A stretch of DNA of 64,000 nucleotides, from contig DASPXE010000093.1 in the NCBI GenBank assembly GCA_035637455.1, positions 1,909 through 65,908 of the forward strand. Direction: 5' to 3'. Numbering within the stretch: the first letter of the stretch is position 1; each line of letters opens with the position of its first letter. The position numbers were made by a program, and so were the translations under genes. Origin of the DNA: Gemmatimonadales bacterium (lineage in GTDB: Bacteria > Gemmatimonadota > Gemmatimonadetes > Gemmatimonadales > GWC2-71-9). The notes beneath the pieces were generated by a model, which was given only the letters and a program-made list of their open reading frames with translations, was not told the DNA's origin and ran no database searches. Positions 28,498-37,454 of this stretch are shown piece by piece.

Positions 28498-28504
28498 GAA
28501 AAAC

Positions 28505-28619
28505 TGCGGATTGCGGATTGCGGATTGCGGATTGGATGGACAACGTCGCGAGTCGCGAGACTGAGCGTCCGACACGGCGAACTGCTTTTGAATCCGCAAT
28601 CCGCAATCCGCAATCCGCA
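28505..28619. repeat. heptamer-array palindromic element, copy 1: (TGCGGAT)x4 - 59 nt - (ATCCGCA)x4
   Basis: Read directly. 28505-28532 is four exact TGCGGAT units. 28592-28619 is four exact ATCCGCA units, giving a perfect 28-bp inverted repeat. A degenerate unit (ATCGCCGCAATCGG) follows. Confidence 0.95.
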
Positions 28620-29246
28620 ATCGCCGCAATCGGAATTTTCCTCGGCCTCCAAACCCCCGACCCCTGGCCCGTCCTCGACCGCGCCAGCCAGACCTACCAG
28701 ACGATCAGCACCCTCAGCGCCGACTTCGTCCAGGTCATCGTCAATCCGCTGATCGGCAGCCCCGACACGACGCGGGGCAAGCTGTATCAGATGCGGCCGA
28801 GCCGCTTCGCGATGCGGTTCACGGCGCCCAAAGGCGACCGCATCGTGGCGGACGGCCGGTACCTGTGGCTGTATACACCGAGCACCACGCCTGGGCAGGT
28901 GATCCGCTCGCGCATTCCCGCGGTGGGCACCACGGGACCGAATCTGATCGGCCAGTTCGTGGAGCGACCGCGCGAGCGCTACAGCGCGCGCTACGTGCGG
29001 GCGGACTCACTCGGCGGCACGGTGGTGGACATGGTCGCGCTCACCCCGAAGCAGCAAGACCAGCCCTACAGCGGTGCAGTGATCTGGGTGGACCGGAACG
29101 ACGGGCTAGTGCGGCGCATCGACATCACAGAGGCCTCCGGCCAGCAGCGGACGGTGATCCTCGGGAATCTCAAGGTGAACCACGGAGCGCCGGGTCGCGA
29201 ATTTACTTTCTCGCCTCCGGCCGGAGTACGAGTGGTAGATCAGTAG
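28536..29246 (+). CDS. LolA-like outer-membrane lipoprotein carrier protein (start uncertain: ATG 28536 or GTG 28494)
   Basis: LolA-type body: YQTISTLSADFVQ...TRGKLYQMRPSRFAMRF..PKGDRIVADGRYLWLYTP. The only in-frame start codons (28494, 28536) lie inside the repeat element. Confidence 0.65.
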   Translation: MDNVASRETERPTRRTAFESAIRNPQSAIAAIGIFLGLQTPDPWPVLDRASQTYQTISTLSADFVQVIVNPLIGSPDTTRGKLYQMRPSRFAMRFTAPKGDRIVADGRYLWLYTPSTTPGQVIRSRIPAVGTTGPNLIGQFVERPRERYSARYVRADSLGGTVVDMVALTPKQQDQPYSGAVIWVDRNDGLVRRIDITEASGQQRTVILGNLKVNHGAPGREFTFSPPAGVRVVDQ

Positions 29247-30123
29247 CGAGCGCGTCGGCGACCCGTGCCGCCGTCGCTTCGTCCATTCCCCGTTTCTCGG
29301 CGAGCTCGAGCGCCGCGCGCCCCAGCGCCCGGTACAAGAGCGCGTCATCTTGGGTGAGCGACTCGAGATGGCGGCGGATGGTGCTGGCGTCGCCACGCAC
29401 GACTGGGCCCGTGAGCGCGTCCTTCGGCTGCTCGTGTGACAGATTCTCCAGCGTGCCCTCCACGAGCGGGCGTAGGGCCTGCCACGCCGCGGCGTCCGTG
29501 AGGCCCGCGTGCCGCAGCAGGCGCTGGGCGACCGCCTGCACCACGACGAAATAGTTGGACGCGAACACGGCGCCCGCGTGGTAGATCGCCTTCGCCTTGC
29601 CGGTAATGCGGAACGGGTGCATCCCCAAGTCCCGGGCGATCGCCTCCGCCGCCTCGAGCGCCCGCGGCATCCCCTCCACAGCAGCCCAGGCGCCCTTCAG
29701 GCGCTCGGGCGCGCGCTCAGGATCCACGATGGTCTGAAGCGGGTGGAGCGAGCCGAGCGCGGCGCGTGACGGGACGAGGCGGCCCAGCGCTTCCTGGCCC
29801 TGGACACCTGAGAGGTGGAGCACCACGTGCTCCGGCCGGATCGCGCCGCCGCGCGCGAGCGCCTCCGCCAGTGGGCGGATGGCGTCGTCTCGCACGGCGA
29901 GAATGACGACGCCCGCCTGGGCGACCCAGGCGGGCGGCGGGGAAGCGTCAGGGGGCCCGACGGCGAGCTGCAGCGGCTTCGGAACGGCCTTCTTGCGGCG
30001 GCCGTGCAGCCGGACGGTGTAGCCGGCACGCGTCAGCGCCAGCGCGAAGCCCAGGCCCGCGCGCCCCGGCCCGATGATCCCGACCGCGGGCCTGCGCGAA
30101 GCCTCCGGGCGTCGGAACGGCAC
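29203..30123 (-). CDS. Rossmann-fold NAD(P)-binding protein with DUF2520-like C-terminal domain
   Basis: VGIIGPGRAGLGFALALTRAGY dinucleotide-binding motif and a ProC/ketopantoate-reductase-like layout. GTG start overlaps the ctp stop by 1 nt. The 3' end overlaps the convergent lolA-like gene by 44 nt. Confidence 0.6.
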   Translation of the reverse strand: MPFRRPEASRRPAVGIIGPGRAGLGFALALTRAGYTVRLHGRRKKAVPKPLQLAVGPPDASPPPAWVAQAGVVILAVRDDAIRPLAEALARGGAIRPEHVVLHLSGVQGQEALGRLVPSRAALGSLHPLQTIVDPERAPERLKGAWAAVEGMPRALEAAEAIARDLGMHPFRITGKAKAIYHAGAVFASNYFVVVQAVAQRLLRHAGLTDAAAWQALRPLVEGTLENLSHEQPKDALTGPVVRGDASTIRRHLESLTQDDALLYRALGRAALELAEKRGMDEATAARVADALATDLPLVLRPEARK

Positions 30124-31742
30124 TAGTTCCGCTGGTTCGCGGGGGGCTTGGCCGGGGCGAGGGAGAGCAGGTCCTGCGGCGACCGAGCGCGGCGCGCCAG
30201 GCCGAGCGCCGCCTGCACCTGGTGATCCTCCGCCATCCGCCGGCGCACCTCGGTCGGCCGACCGAACACGTAGCGCGTGGTCTCGTAGCCGAGCTCTTGG
30301 GCGATGAGGGTGTGCGCACCGGCCATGAGGCTGTCGGGAACGACCGCGCCCCTGGTCCGGAGGCGGCGCAGCACCTCGCTCACCATCTCGGCGCTCACGG
30401 TGAAGGAGGGGTCACTGACGCGACCCGTCCCCTTGAGCTCGAGCGAGTAGGTGGAGAGCACGTCCCGGAACACCGGGATCTTGTCGCCGAGCGTTCTCAT
30501 GAAGTTCCGCTCCGCCGTCGTGAAGGTGTCCGGGCTGACGAACAGATCCGGCCGGATCCCGCCGCCACCCACCACCGTGCGGCCTCGGTCGGTGTGGAAC
30601 ACCGGCGCGGAATCACTCTTCGTCGTATCGCGACCCTGCTCCGCCGCGACGGCCTGCGCCTCCTGATCGGCCTCGTTCTTGCTCTTGCGCTGAATGGTGC
30701 GGCCGCTCGGCGTGTACCAACGCGCCGTGGTCAGCTTGAGCGCCGTCTCCGGTGTGAGCTGCCAGAGCGACTGCACGAGCCCCTTCCCGAATGTAGGCGT
30801 CCCGACGACCAGGGCGCGATCGTGATCCTGGAGCGCGCCAGTGATGATCTCGGCGGCGCTGGCAGTGCCGCCGTTCACGAGCACCACGATCGGCAGGCCG
30901 GGCCACGGCTGGGGTTTGGTGTCCCGGAACGAGCGCGTGATGTTGGGTGCCCGGCCGCGCGTCGCCACGACCTCTTGACCCGGGTCGAGGAACAGCTCGC
31001 TCACGGCCACGCCCTGATCGAGCAGGCCGCCCGGGTTGCTGCGCAGGTCGAGCACCAGCGATTTCATCCCCTTCTGCACCAGATTCCCCACCGCCTCGGT
31101 CAGCTCCGCCGCTGACGTCTCGCTCACCGGACTCAACTGGACGTATCCGACCTTGTCGTCGAGCATCATCGCGACCTGCACCGAGCGAATGTGGATCGTG
31201 GCGCGGTTCAGCTTGAACGTGAGCGGCTGCTCCACGCCCACGCGGTGCACCCGAAGCTCGACTTTCGTGCCCGGCTGACCGCGCAGCTCCTTCACCGCCT
31301 GGTCGTTCTTCCAGCCTTCGGTCGAGCGGCCGTCCAGGGTGACGATCTGATCGCCCGACTGGATGCCGGCCCGCTCGGCCGGCGTGTCGGGCAGCGGCGC
31401 CACGACCGTGATCCACCCGTCGCGCACGTCGATCTGGATGCCCAGCCCGCCGTAGTTGCCGGTGGTCGCCTCGGACAGAGCGCGGAAGTCGTCGCGCTTG
31501 AGGAAGACCGAATACGGGTCGTGCAGCTGGTCGAGCATGCCGTCGATCGCCATCTGGTAGAGTTGCCGCTCGTCGAGCGAGTCGACGTAGTAGTCGGCGA
31601 CGTGCGCCAGCACGTCCTCGAACAGGCGCGCCTGCTGGTACACGGATCCCTCCGGCACGGCCTCGCGCTGCAACAGCCAGCCACCCGTCGCGAGCGCGAC
31701 ACACGAGATGACGGCGACGACCAGGATCTTTCGGAGCTTCAT
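30123..31742 (-). CDS. S41 family C-terminal processing peptidase
   Basis: N-terminal TM, a PDZ region (GGLGIQI...AGIQSGDQIVTLDG) and the catalytic block VLVNGGTASAAEIITGALQD...GKG. Start at ATG 31742 (MKLRKILVV) overlaps the tmk stop (ATGA). Confidence 0.85.
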   Translation of the reverse strand: MKLRKILVVAVISCVALATGGWLLQREAVPEGSVYQQARLFEDVLAHVADYYVDSLDERQLYQMAIDGMLDQLHDPYSVFLKRDDFRALSEATTGNYGGLGIQIDVRDGWITVVAPLPDTPAERAGIQSGDQIVTLDGRSTEGWKNDQAVKELRGQPGTKVELRVHRVGVEQPLTFKLNRATIHIRSVQVAMMLDDKVGYVQLSPVSETSAAELTEAVGNLVQKGMKSLVLDLRSNPGGLLDQGVAVSELFLDPGQEVVATRGRAPNITRSFRDTKPQPWPGLPIVVLVNGGTASAAEIITGALQDHDRALVVGTPTFGKGLVQSLWQLTPETALKLTTARWYTPSGRTIQRKSKNEADQEAQAVAAEQGRDTTKSDSAPVFHTDRGRTVVGGGGIRPDLFVSPDTFTTAERNFMRTLGDKIPVFRDVLSTYSLELKGTGRVSDPSFTVSAEMVSEVLRRLRTRGAVVPDSLMAGAHTLIAQELGYETTRYVFGRPTEVRRRMAEDHQVQAALGLARRARSPQDLLSLAPAKPPANQRN

Positions 31743-32365
31743 GACACGCCTCGCGTTGAGAGTACGGTCACCGCCATGACCTCGCGCCACGCGGCATCTT
31801 GCACGGCCCTCTTGGACTGTGTGGCATCGATGTGGACTACCCCGGGCCCCGCGGCGCCACGGTACGCCTCGAGCACGCGCCGGTGGAACCCATCGTCCTG
31901 CCGCTCCAACCGGTCCTGCACCTTGCGTGCCGCGCGTTGCCGCTCGCGGCCGATCGCCACTGGCACGTCGAGCACGAGCGTCAAGTCCGGTACGAGACCC
32001 CCCGTGGCCAGCCGGTTGGCCCGAGCCACCTCCTCGTACGCTAACCCGCCGCCGGCCACTTGGTAGGCCATGGTCGAAAGCTCGAACCGGTCGGCCAGGA
32101 CCACCTGTCCCGCAGCGAGCGCGGGACGGATGACCTTATGCACCAGGTCGGCCCGCGCCGCGAGGAACAGGAACAACTCGGCGGCGGGGGCCATCTCGTG
32201 CGGGAATCCCAGGACCACCTTGCGCGCCGCTTCCGCGACGGGCGTCCCGCCGGGCTCGCGCACCGTCACGACGGCACGGCCGTCGGCGCGGAACCGGGCC
32301 GCCAGCCAGCGCAGCAGCGTCGACTTCCCCGCCCCTTCCGGGCCCTCCACGACGATGAACGTCAT
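31739..32365 (-). CDS. tmk: thymidylate kinase
   Basis: MTFIVVEGPEGAGKST P-loop, REPGGTP and the DRF..S..AYQ pattern. It is internal to the long ORF 31739..32956. ATGA overlap with the upstream gene. Confidence 0.9.
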   Translation of the reverse strand: MTFIVVEGPEGAGKSTLLRWLAARFRADGRAVVTVREPGGTPVAEAARKVVLGFPHEMAPAAELFLFLAARADLVHKVIRPALAAGQVVLADRFELSTMAYQVAGGGLAYEEVARANRLATGGLVPDLTLVLDVPVAIGRERQRAARKVQDRLERQDDGFHRRVLEAYRGAAGPGVVHIDATQSKRAVQDAAWREVMAVTVLSTRGVS

Positions 32366-32715
32366 CCCAGCGTGATGATGGGGCTCGCGGCCCCCTGCTT
32401 CATACCCTCGTAGATCCGCGCGTTTACCTTGGCCATCAGTTTTTCGAAGTTCGCCTGCGCGGCCACAACTTGCTGATACACCGTATTCGACTGGACGCTC
32501 TGAAGCGCGCGATCGTACTGCTCGACCTGCTCGCGGGGCGGCTCGCGATTCTCCTGGGCCGCGCGCTCGATGTCGCGGGCGATCCGCTCGACCTCGGCCA
32601 GGAGCTGCTTGCAGGTCGTGTCCTCGCGCATCCGGTCGCTCGCCCGGACCAGGGCTTTGTACTCCTCGCTCTGCCCCAGCAGCCGGCCGAGCTCCCCCGC
32701 CTTCTGATCGATCAC
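32362..32715 (-). CDS. YlbF/YmcA-family (UPF0342-like) helical protein
   Basis: 117-aa all-helical protein. The SEEYKAL...QANFEKLMAKVNARI pattern resembles the YlbF/YmcA family. GTGA overlap upstream and ATGA overlap downstream. Confidence 0.5.
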   Translation of the reverse strand: MIDQKAGELGRLLGQSEEYKALVRASDRMREDTTCKQLLAEVERIARDIERAAQENREPPREQVEQYDRALQSVQSNTVYQQVVAAQANFEKLMAKVNARIYEGMKQGAASPIITLG

Positions 32716-33617
32716 GCACCCTCCTTGGCAAAGGCCAACAAGAACCGCGGCCGCCCGAACAGGTCTTCGTGGATCCCGACGCGCGCCCAGCCGTAGTCGC
32801 GCGCCAGCGCCCGGACCCGCACCGCGCGCCGCTCGTCGATCTCGAGCGCCAGCAGGCCGCCGGGGGCGAGCAGTGCGGCGGCGCCCCCGACCAGCGCGCG
32901 TGTCGCGTCGAGCCCGTCCGGTCCGCTGACCAGCGCCCCGCGGGGCTCGAAGTCACGCACTGTCGGGTCCAGCTCGAGATACTCGGCCTGCGTCAGATAC
33001 GGCGGGTTCGAGACGATCGCCCGGCAGCGCTCCCCCGCGAGCGGCGCCAGGAGGTCTCCCTCCCGCACTTCCACGGGCACGGCGGGCTGCACCAGCGCCA
33101 CGTTTTCCCGCGCCAGCGCCGCCGCTCCGGGAGACCGCTCGATGGCGATCACACGCTCGAAGTCGCCTTCGATGGCCAGCGCCAGGGCGATGCAACCACA
33201 CCCGGCACCGATGTCGGCCACGACCCCGCGCTTCCCCCTTCCCCCTTCCCCAGCCGTTCCCCGGGTCCATCGCAACACCAGATCGACGAGTCCTTCGGTC
33301 TCGGGCCGCGGGATCAATGCCCGCGCGTCGAGCTTCAGATCGAGCGTGCGGAAGCCCACCCGACCGACCGCGTAGGCGGACGGGACCCCTCTGGAGCGAC
33401 GCTCGACGGCCTGCGAAAACCGCTCTGCCAGCTCAGGCGGGGGCTGCTGGTCGCGTCGCAGCCAGACGTCGCCGGGCGTGGTCTCTGAGCCGGCCACCGC
33501 AGCCCAGAGCGTCGTCGCTTCGCGGCGCGGGCTGTGAAGCCCCGAGCGCGCCAGCCGCCCGACGGCCTCCTCGAGCGCGCCCGCGATCGCTGAATGAGGT
33601 GCAGCGCGCTCAGGCAC
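32712..33617 (-). CDS. prmC: release factor N5-glutamine methyltransferase
   Basis: SAM motif [13 protein letters not shown] and catalytic VSNPPY. Located directly after prfA with an 8-nt overlap. Confidence 0.9.
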   Translation of the reverse strand: MPERAAPHSAIAGALEEAVGRLARSGLHSPRREATTLWAAVAGSETTPGDVWLRRDQQPPPELAERFSQAVERRSRGVPSAYAVGRVGFRTLDLKLDARALIPRPETEGLVDLVLRWTRGTAGEGGRGKRGVVADIGAGCGCIALALAIEGDFERVIAIERSPGAAALARENVALVQPAVPVEVREGDLLAPLAGERCRAIVSNPPYLTQAEYLELDPTVRDFEPRGALVSGPDGLDATRALVGGAAALLAPGGLLALEIDERRAVRVRALARDYGWARVGIHEDLFGRPRFLLAFAKEGA

Positions 33618-34668
33618 TGAGCCGTTCCTTCTCCCCGGCGAGCCTGAGGGCCGCGATCAGCTCGTCGAGCTTCCCGTCCATCACCTCAGCGAGGTCGTGG
33701 GTAGTGAAGCCGATGCGGTGGTCGGTGATGCGGTTCTGGGGAAAATTGTAGGTACGGATCTTCTGCGATCGGTCGCCCGTGCCCACTTGAGCCCGCCGCT
33801 CCCTTGCGCGCGCCGCTTCCTGTTCGGCGAGCATGCGGTCGAGCAGCCGCGCGCGCAGGATCTCCAGCGCCTTGATCTTGTTCTGGAGCTGCGACTTCTG
33901 GTCTTGGCACTTCACCTCGAGCCCCGTCGGGAGGTGCGTCACCCGCACCGCGCTGTCCGTCGTGTTGACGCTCTGGCCACCCGGTCCGCCCGAGCGAAAT
34001 ACGTCGATGCGCAGGTCTTTGTCTTCGATCTTGACGTCCACCTCTTCCGCGTCCGGGAGGACCGCCACCGTCGCGGCGGACGTATGGCGTCGACCCTGTG
34101 TCTCGGTTTCGGGGATGCGTTGCACGCGGTGCACGCCCGACTCGTAGCGGAGCGTGCCGTACACCTTGGGCCCCCGCACCGCAAAGATCGCCTCCTTCAG
34201 ACCTCCGAGGTTCCCTTCCGAGAGCGCCAGTACCTCGACCTTCCACCCGCGGCGCTCGCAGTAGCGCGTGTACATGCGGAACAGGTCCGCCGCGAATAGC
34301 GCCGCCTCGTCGCCACCCGTTCCGGCGCGGATCTCCACGATGGCGTCACGGTCGTCGAGGGGATCGGTCGGTGTGAGCAGGTCCGCCAGCAGGGCTTCCG
34401 CCCGCTCGATCTCGGGGCGGAGCCGCTCCACGTCCGCACGTGCCAACTGGGAGAGCTCGGGGTCCTTGTCCTGGAGCACCTCCCGCGCCTGGGCCAGCTC
34501 GCCCTGGAACCGCTCGAGGCGGCTGTGGGCTTGGCGAATGGCGTCGAGCCGCGCGTGCTCGCGGCCCAGCTGCTTCAGCTTGGCCGGATGCCGCGCGGTC
34601 TCAGGGTCGGCCAGGGCTCGGGCGACCTCCTCCGCCCGTGCGAGCGCCTGGCGGAGTCGGGCCTCCAT
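33610..34668 (-). CDS. prfA: peptide chain release factor 1
   Basis: GGQ loop [18 protein letters not shown] and a PxT-type recognition loop ([18 protein letters not shown]). No in-frame stop or frameshift as seen in prfB. Confidence 0.95.
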   Translation of the reverse strand: MEARLRQALARAEEVARALADPETARHPAKLKQLGREHARLDAIRQAHSRLERFQGELAQAREVLQDKDPELSQLARADVERLRPEIERAEALLADLLTPTDPLDDRDAIVEIRAGTGGDEAALFAADLFRMYTRYCERRGWKVEVLALSEGNLGGLKEAIFAVRGPKVYGTLRYESGVHRVQRIPETETQGRRHTSAATVAVLPDAEEVDVKIEDKDLRIDVFRSGGPGGQSVNTTDSAVRVTHLPTGLEVKCQDQKSQLQNKIKALEILRARLLDRMLAEQEAARARERRAQVGTGDRSQKIRTYNFPQNRITDHRIGFTTHDLAEVMDGKLDELIAALRLAGEKERLSA

Positions 34669-34671
34669 GCG

Positions 34672-34884
34672 TCAGCCGGTCGTCTTGTCCGTCGCGTATT
34701 TCTGGCGGAACCGCTCCACGCGCCCGGCCGTGTCCAGGAGCTTCTGCTTCCCGGTGTAGTAGGGGTGGCACTTGGCGCAGATTTCGACGTGGATCACGGG
34801 CACTGTGGACCGCGTCACGAAGCTGTTGCCGCAGGCGCACTGGACTTGGGCGCGCTGGTAGGCGGGGTGAATTCCGGGTTTCAC
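34672..34884 (-). CDS. rpmE: 50S ribosomal protein L31
   Basis: (V/M)KPGIHPAY...CACGNSF...[19 protein letters not shown] start at 34884, internal to ORF 34672..35082. Confidence 0.9.
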   Translation of the reverse strand: MKPGIHPAYQRAQVQCACGNSFVTRSTVPVIHVEICAKCHPYYTGKQKLLDTAGRVERFRQKYATDKTTG

Positions 34885-35037
34885 TGCACTGTATCCTGGC
34901 GTAGATGTCAATGGCACGAAAGACCCGGAAATATAACTGGCGTCATGAGTTGGCGGCAAGGCACCACATTGACACCGGGCACGCCAATACGTAAGCTTGC
35001 GCCACCATTTGCCCCCAAACCCGAGGGGAACCTCCGC

Positions 35038-35709
35038 GTGTCGGTGACGGCCATCCTCCAAAAAGTCCCGCTCTTCGGCCAACTCTCTCCTGCTGAGCTC
35101 GATCGGGTGGCCGAGATCACCCGCGAGCGCAGCTACCCCCGCAACTCCGTGATTCTCTTCGAGGACGACCCCGGCGATGCGCTGTACGTCGTGGCCAAGG
35201 GGCAGGTCAAGGTGGTCCTCATCGGGGAAGACGGGCGGGAAGTCATTCTCTCCGTGCTGGGCGAGGGGGACTTCTTCGGCGAGATGTCACTCATCGACGA
35301 GGAACCCCGCTCGGCGCACGTGATCGCGATGGAAGACTCGAATCTCCTCGTGATCCGACGCGAGGACTTCCAAAGCATTCTGCAGCAATCGCCGGGGATC
35401 GCGATGGGGTTGCTGCGGGAGCTCTCCCGCCGCCTGCGGCGCGTGGACGAGAAGGTGGGGAGCCTCGTCCTCCTCGACGTCAACGGCCGCGTGGCCCAGC
35501 TGCTCCTCGACCTCGCCGACGAAGCGGGGTCGAGTCGTATCACCCGCCGCCTCACACACCACACCATCGCCCAGATGATCGGCTCGAGCCGCGAGACGGT
35601 GAGCCGGACGATGCGCGAGCTGGTCGAGAAAGGCTACATCGAGATCAGCCGCCGGGAGATCCTGATTCGCGACCGCGCCGCGCTGGAGGCGTCGGCGGGG
35701 CGGTCGTGA
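35038..35709 (+). CDS. Crp/Fnr family transcriptional regulator
   Basis: cNMP-binding domain ([10 protein letters not shown]...[13 protein letters not shown]) and C-terminal HTH ([21 protein letters not shown]). Start is ambiguous between GTG 35038 and ATG 34945. Confidence 0.8.
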   Translation: MSVTAILQKVPLFGQLSPAELDRVAEITRERSYPRNSVILFEDDPGDALYVVAKGQVKVVLIGEDGREVILSVLGEGDFFGEMSLIDEEPRSAHVIAMEDSNLLVIRREDFQSILQQSPGIAMGLLRELSRRLRRVDEKVGSLVLLDVNGRVAQLLLDLADEAGSSRITRRLTHHTIAQMIGSSRETVSRTMRELVEKGYIEISRREILIRDRAALEASAGRS

Positions 35710-35713
35710 GTCG

Positions 35714-35746
35714 CGCCCCCCGGCGTGAGGTGGGTCACGGGGGGCG
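35714..35746 (+). terminator. GC-rich hairpin after the crp-family gene (candidate terminator, no U-tract)
   Basis: CGCCCCCCG (35714-35722) pairs with CGGGGGGCG (35738-35746) across a 15-nt loop. It begins 5 nt after the stop codon. Confidence 0.35.
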
Positions 35747-35817
35747 GGTGAGCCGGCAGCTTGTCCTACATGCCCGATTTTCCGTAACTTAGCCCTAGCT
35801 ACGGCGTGCCGGGACCG

Positions 35818-36690
35818 ATGGCCTACACGGTGACCTTTTGGGGAACGCGGGGCTCAATCCCCACCCCCGGGGCCCACACCGCGCGCTACGGCGGCAACAC
35901 GCCGTGCGTGGCCGTGGAGGGCGCCGGGGGTCAGCTCGTTATCCTCGACGCCGGCACCGGGATTCGCGCGCTGGGGCTCCAGCTCGTGGAGCGTCAGAAC
36001 GGCGCCGTGAACGCGGAGATCCTGCTCTCGCACGCCCACTGGGACCACATTCAGGGGCTGCCCCACTTCAAGCCGTTCTTCTCGCCGGGGAATGCAGTGC
36101 GAATCTGGGGCTCCAGGCAGGGCACCACGTCGCTCGAGGCGATCCTCCGGCAACAGATGGATCCGGCCGTGTTTCCCATCCCGCTCGATGCACTGTCGGC
36201 CAAGTTGACGGTGCAGCAGGTGGACCCGGGCGAGTTCACCGTGGGTGCGTTCCGGGTGCGCGCCATGCGGCTACGGCACCCCGGCACGACGCTGGGGTAT
36301 CGGCTCACGCCGGCGGCCGCCGCGGGGGGCGCGAGCATGGCCTATGTGACGGACAACGAACTGGGACCGGGGGGCCATTACGACACGCCGGCGACGTGGC
36401 GCAAGGATCTCGTGGCGTTCCTGGCAAACGTGGAGCTCCTGATCCACGACGCGATGTATACGCCGCAGGAGCTCGAGCAGCACCGTGGATGGGGCCATTC
36501 CACCTTCGAGGAAGCGGTGACGCTCGCGGCGGAGGCCGGCGTGCGGCGGCTCGTGCTATTCCATCACGAGCCGGAGCACGGCGACGCGGAGGTCGATGGG
36601 TTGCTCAGCGCGGCCCGCCGCGCGGCCAAGGCGCGGGGTACGCCGGCGGAGGTGTTGGCGGCGCGGGAAGGGATGACCCTGACTCTCTGA
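35818..36690 (+). CDS. MBL-fold metallo-hydrolase
   Basis: WGTRGSIPTPG...LLSHAHWDHIQGLP (HxHxDH) and a later HDAMY/HH pattern. ATG 35818 chosen (MAYTVTFWG). Confidence 0.7.
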   Translation: MAYTVTFWGTRGSIPTPGAHTARYGGNTPCVAVEGAGGQLVILDAGTGIRALGLQLVERQNGAVNAEILLSHAHWDHIQGLPHFKPFFSPGNAVRIWGSRQGTTSLEAILRQQMDPAVFPIPLDALSAKLTVQQVDPGEFTVGAFRVRAMRLRHPGTTLGYRLTPAAAAGGASMAYVTDNELGPGGHYDTPATWRKDLVAFLANVELLIHDAMYTPQELEQHRGWGHSTFEEAVTLAAEAGVRRLVLFHHEPEHGDAEVDGLLSAARRAAKARGTPAEVLAAREGMTLTL

Positions 36691-36705
36691 TCCGAGGAGC
36701 ATGCT

Positions 36706-37416
36706 ATGGGTTCGCGTTCGATCGTTTCGCTCTTCACTCTGACCCTGCTGTGGCCTGCCGTGGGCGGGGTGGGTGCTCAGGCACGCGGGCAGGACACCCG
36801 TCCCGGGATTGCCGTATTTCCATTCGACAACGGCGGCTCTTACGGGCAGGACAAGGACAACTTCGACGCCCTGCAGAAGGGGATCGCGGGCCTGATGATC
36901 TCCGATCTGGCCGCCAATGCGGCAGCCCGGGTGGTCGAGCGGGAGGAATTGCAGAAGCTGATCGACGAGCAAAACCTGAGTGCGGCAGGGCGGGTGGATC
37001 CACAGACCGCGGCGAAGATCGGCAAGCTGGTCGGGGCACGCTACGTAGTCACGGGCGTCTTCATCGACTTCTACGGCGACTTCCGGCTGGACGCGCGGCT
37101 CATCAACGTCGAGACGAGCGAGATCGTCAAGGTCGAGTCGGACCGGATGCAGCGTGACCACTTGTTCGACCTGATCCGCACCGTGGCCATGAAGCTCATG
37201 CGCGACGCGAACCTGCCCGCGTTGCAAAAGCAGGCCTCGGAGCAGCGGATGAACCGACAAGTGCCGACCGAGGCGCTCACCTATTACTCGCGCGCCCTGC
37301 TCTACCACGACCGCGGGCAAAAGGACAAGGCGGTCGAGATGTACGAGAAGGCGCTGCGGGTGTTCCCCGACTTCGCCGAGGCCTCGGCCGGCCTGAAGCG
37401 CGAGAAGACCTCGTGA
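36706..37416 (+). CDS. CsgG/LpoB-like periplasmic protein with C-terminal TPR-like segment
   Basis: Signal peptide. PGIAVFPFDNGG...ISDLAAN...ERE.LQKLIDEQNLS...KLVGARYVVTG resembles the CsgG/FlgO/LpoB-type fold pattern. The tail YYSRALLYHDRGQKDKAVEMYEKALRVFPDF is TPR-like. Confidence 0.5.
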   Translation: MGSRSIVSLFTLTLLWPAVGGVGAQARGQDTRPGIAVFPFDNGGSYGQDKDNFDALQKGIAGLMISDLAANAAARVVEREELQKLIDEQNLSAAGRVDPQTAAKIGKLVGARYVVTGVFIDFYGDFRLDARLINVETSEIVKVESDRMQRDHLFDLIRTVAMKLMRDANLPALQKQASEQRMNRQVPTEALTYYSRALLYHDRGQKDKAVEMYEKALRVFPDFAEASAGLKREKTS

Positions 37417-37454
37417 CTTCGGCGTAGCCGCCGGGGTGACGCGATCACCCAGCC

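Noticed and set aside
28505-28619. Heptamer arrays as a CRISPR array
   Set aside because: The units are 7 nt, directly abutting with no spacers, and arranged as two inverted blocks. No cas genes are present. This is not CRISPR architecture.
26647-28629. 660-aa minus-strand ORF whose N-terminus reads MRRLRIADCGLRI...
   Set aside because: It is antisense to the MBL hydrolase and DAHP synthase genes. The RIADCGL peptide repeats seen in several ORFs at 28.5 kb and 43.3 kb are translations of the heptamer arrays, not protein repeats.
33900-34150. RF1 recognition tripeptide reads PET rather than PAT/PVT
   Set aside because: The motif is P-x-T with a variable middle residue. The GGQ loop and overall length are normal, so I do not consider it an anomaly.
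34945-35037. Longer Crp-family start at ATG 34945
   Set aside because: It is not excluded. It adds 31 non-conserved residues and leaves only 60 bp for the divergent rpmE and crp promoters. GTG 35038 fits the usual distance to the cNMP-binding domain better.
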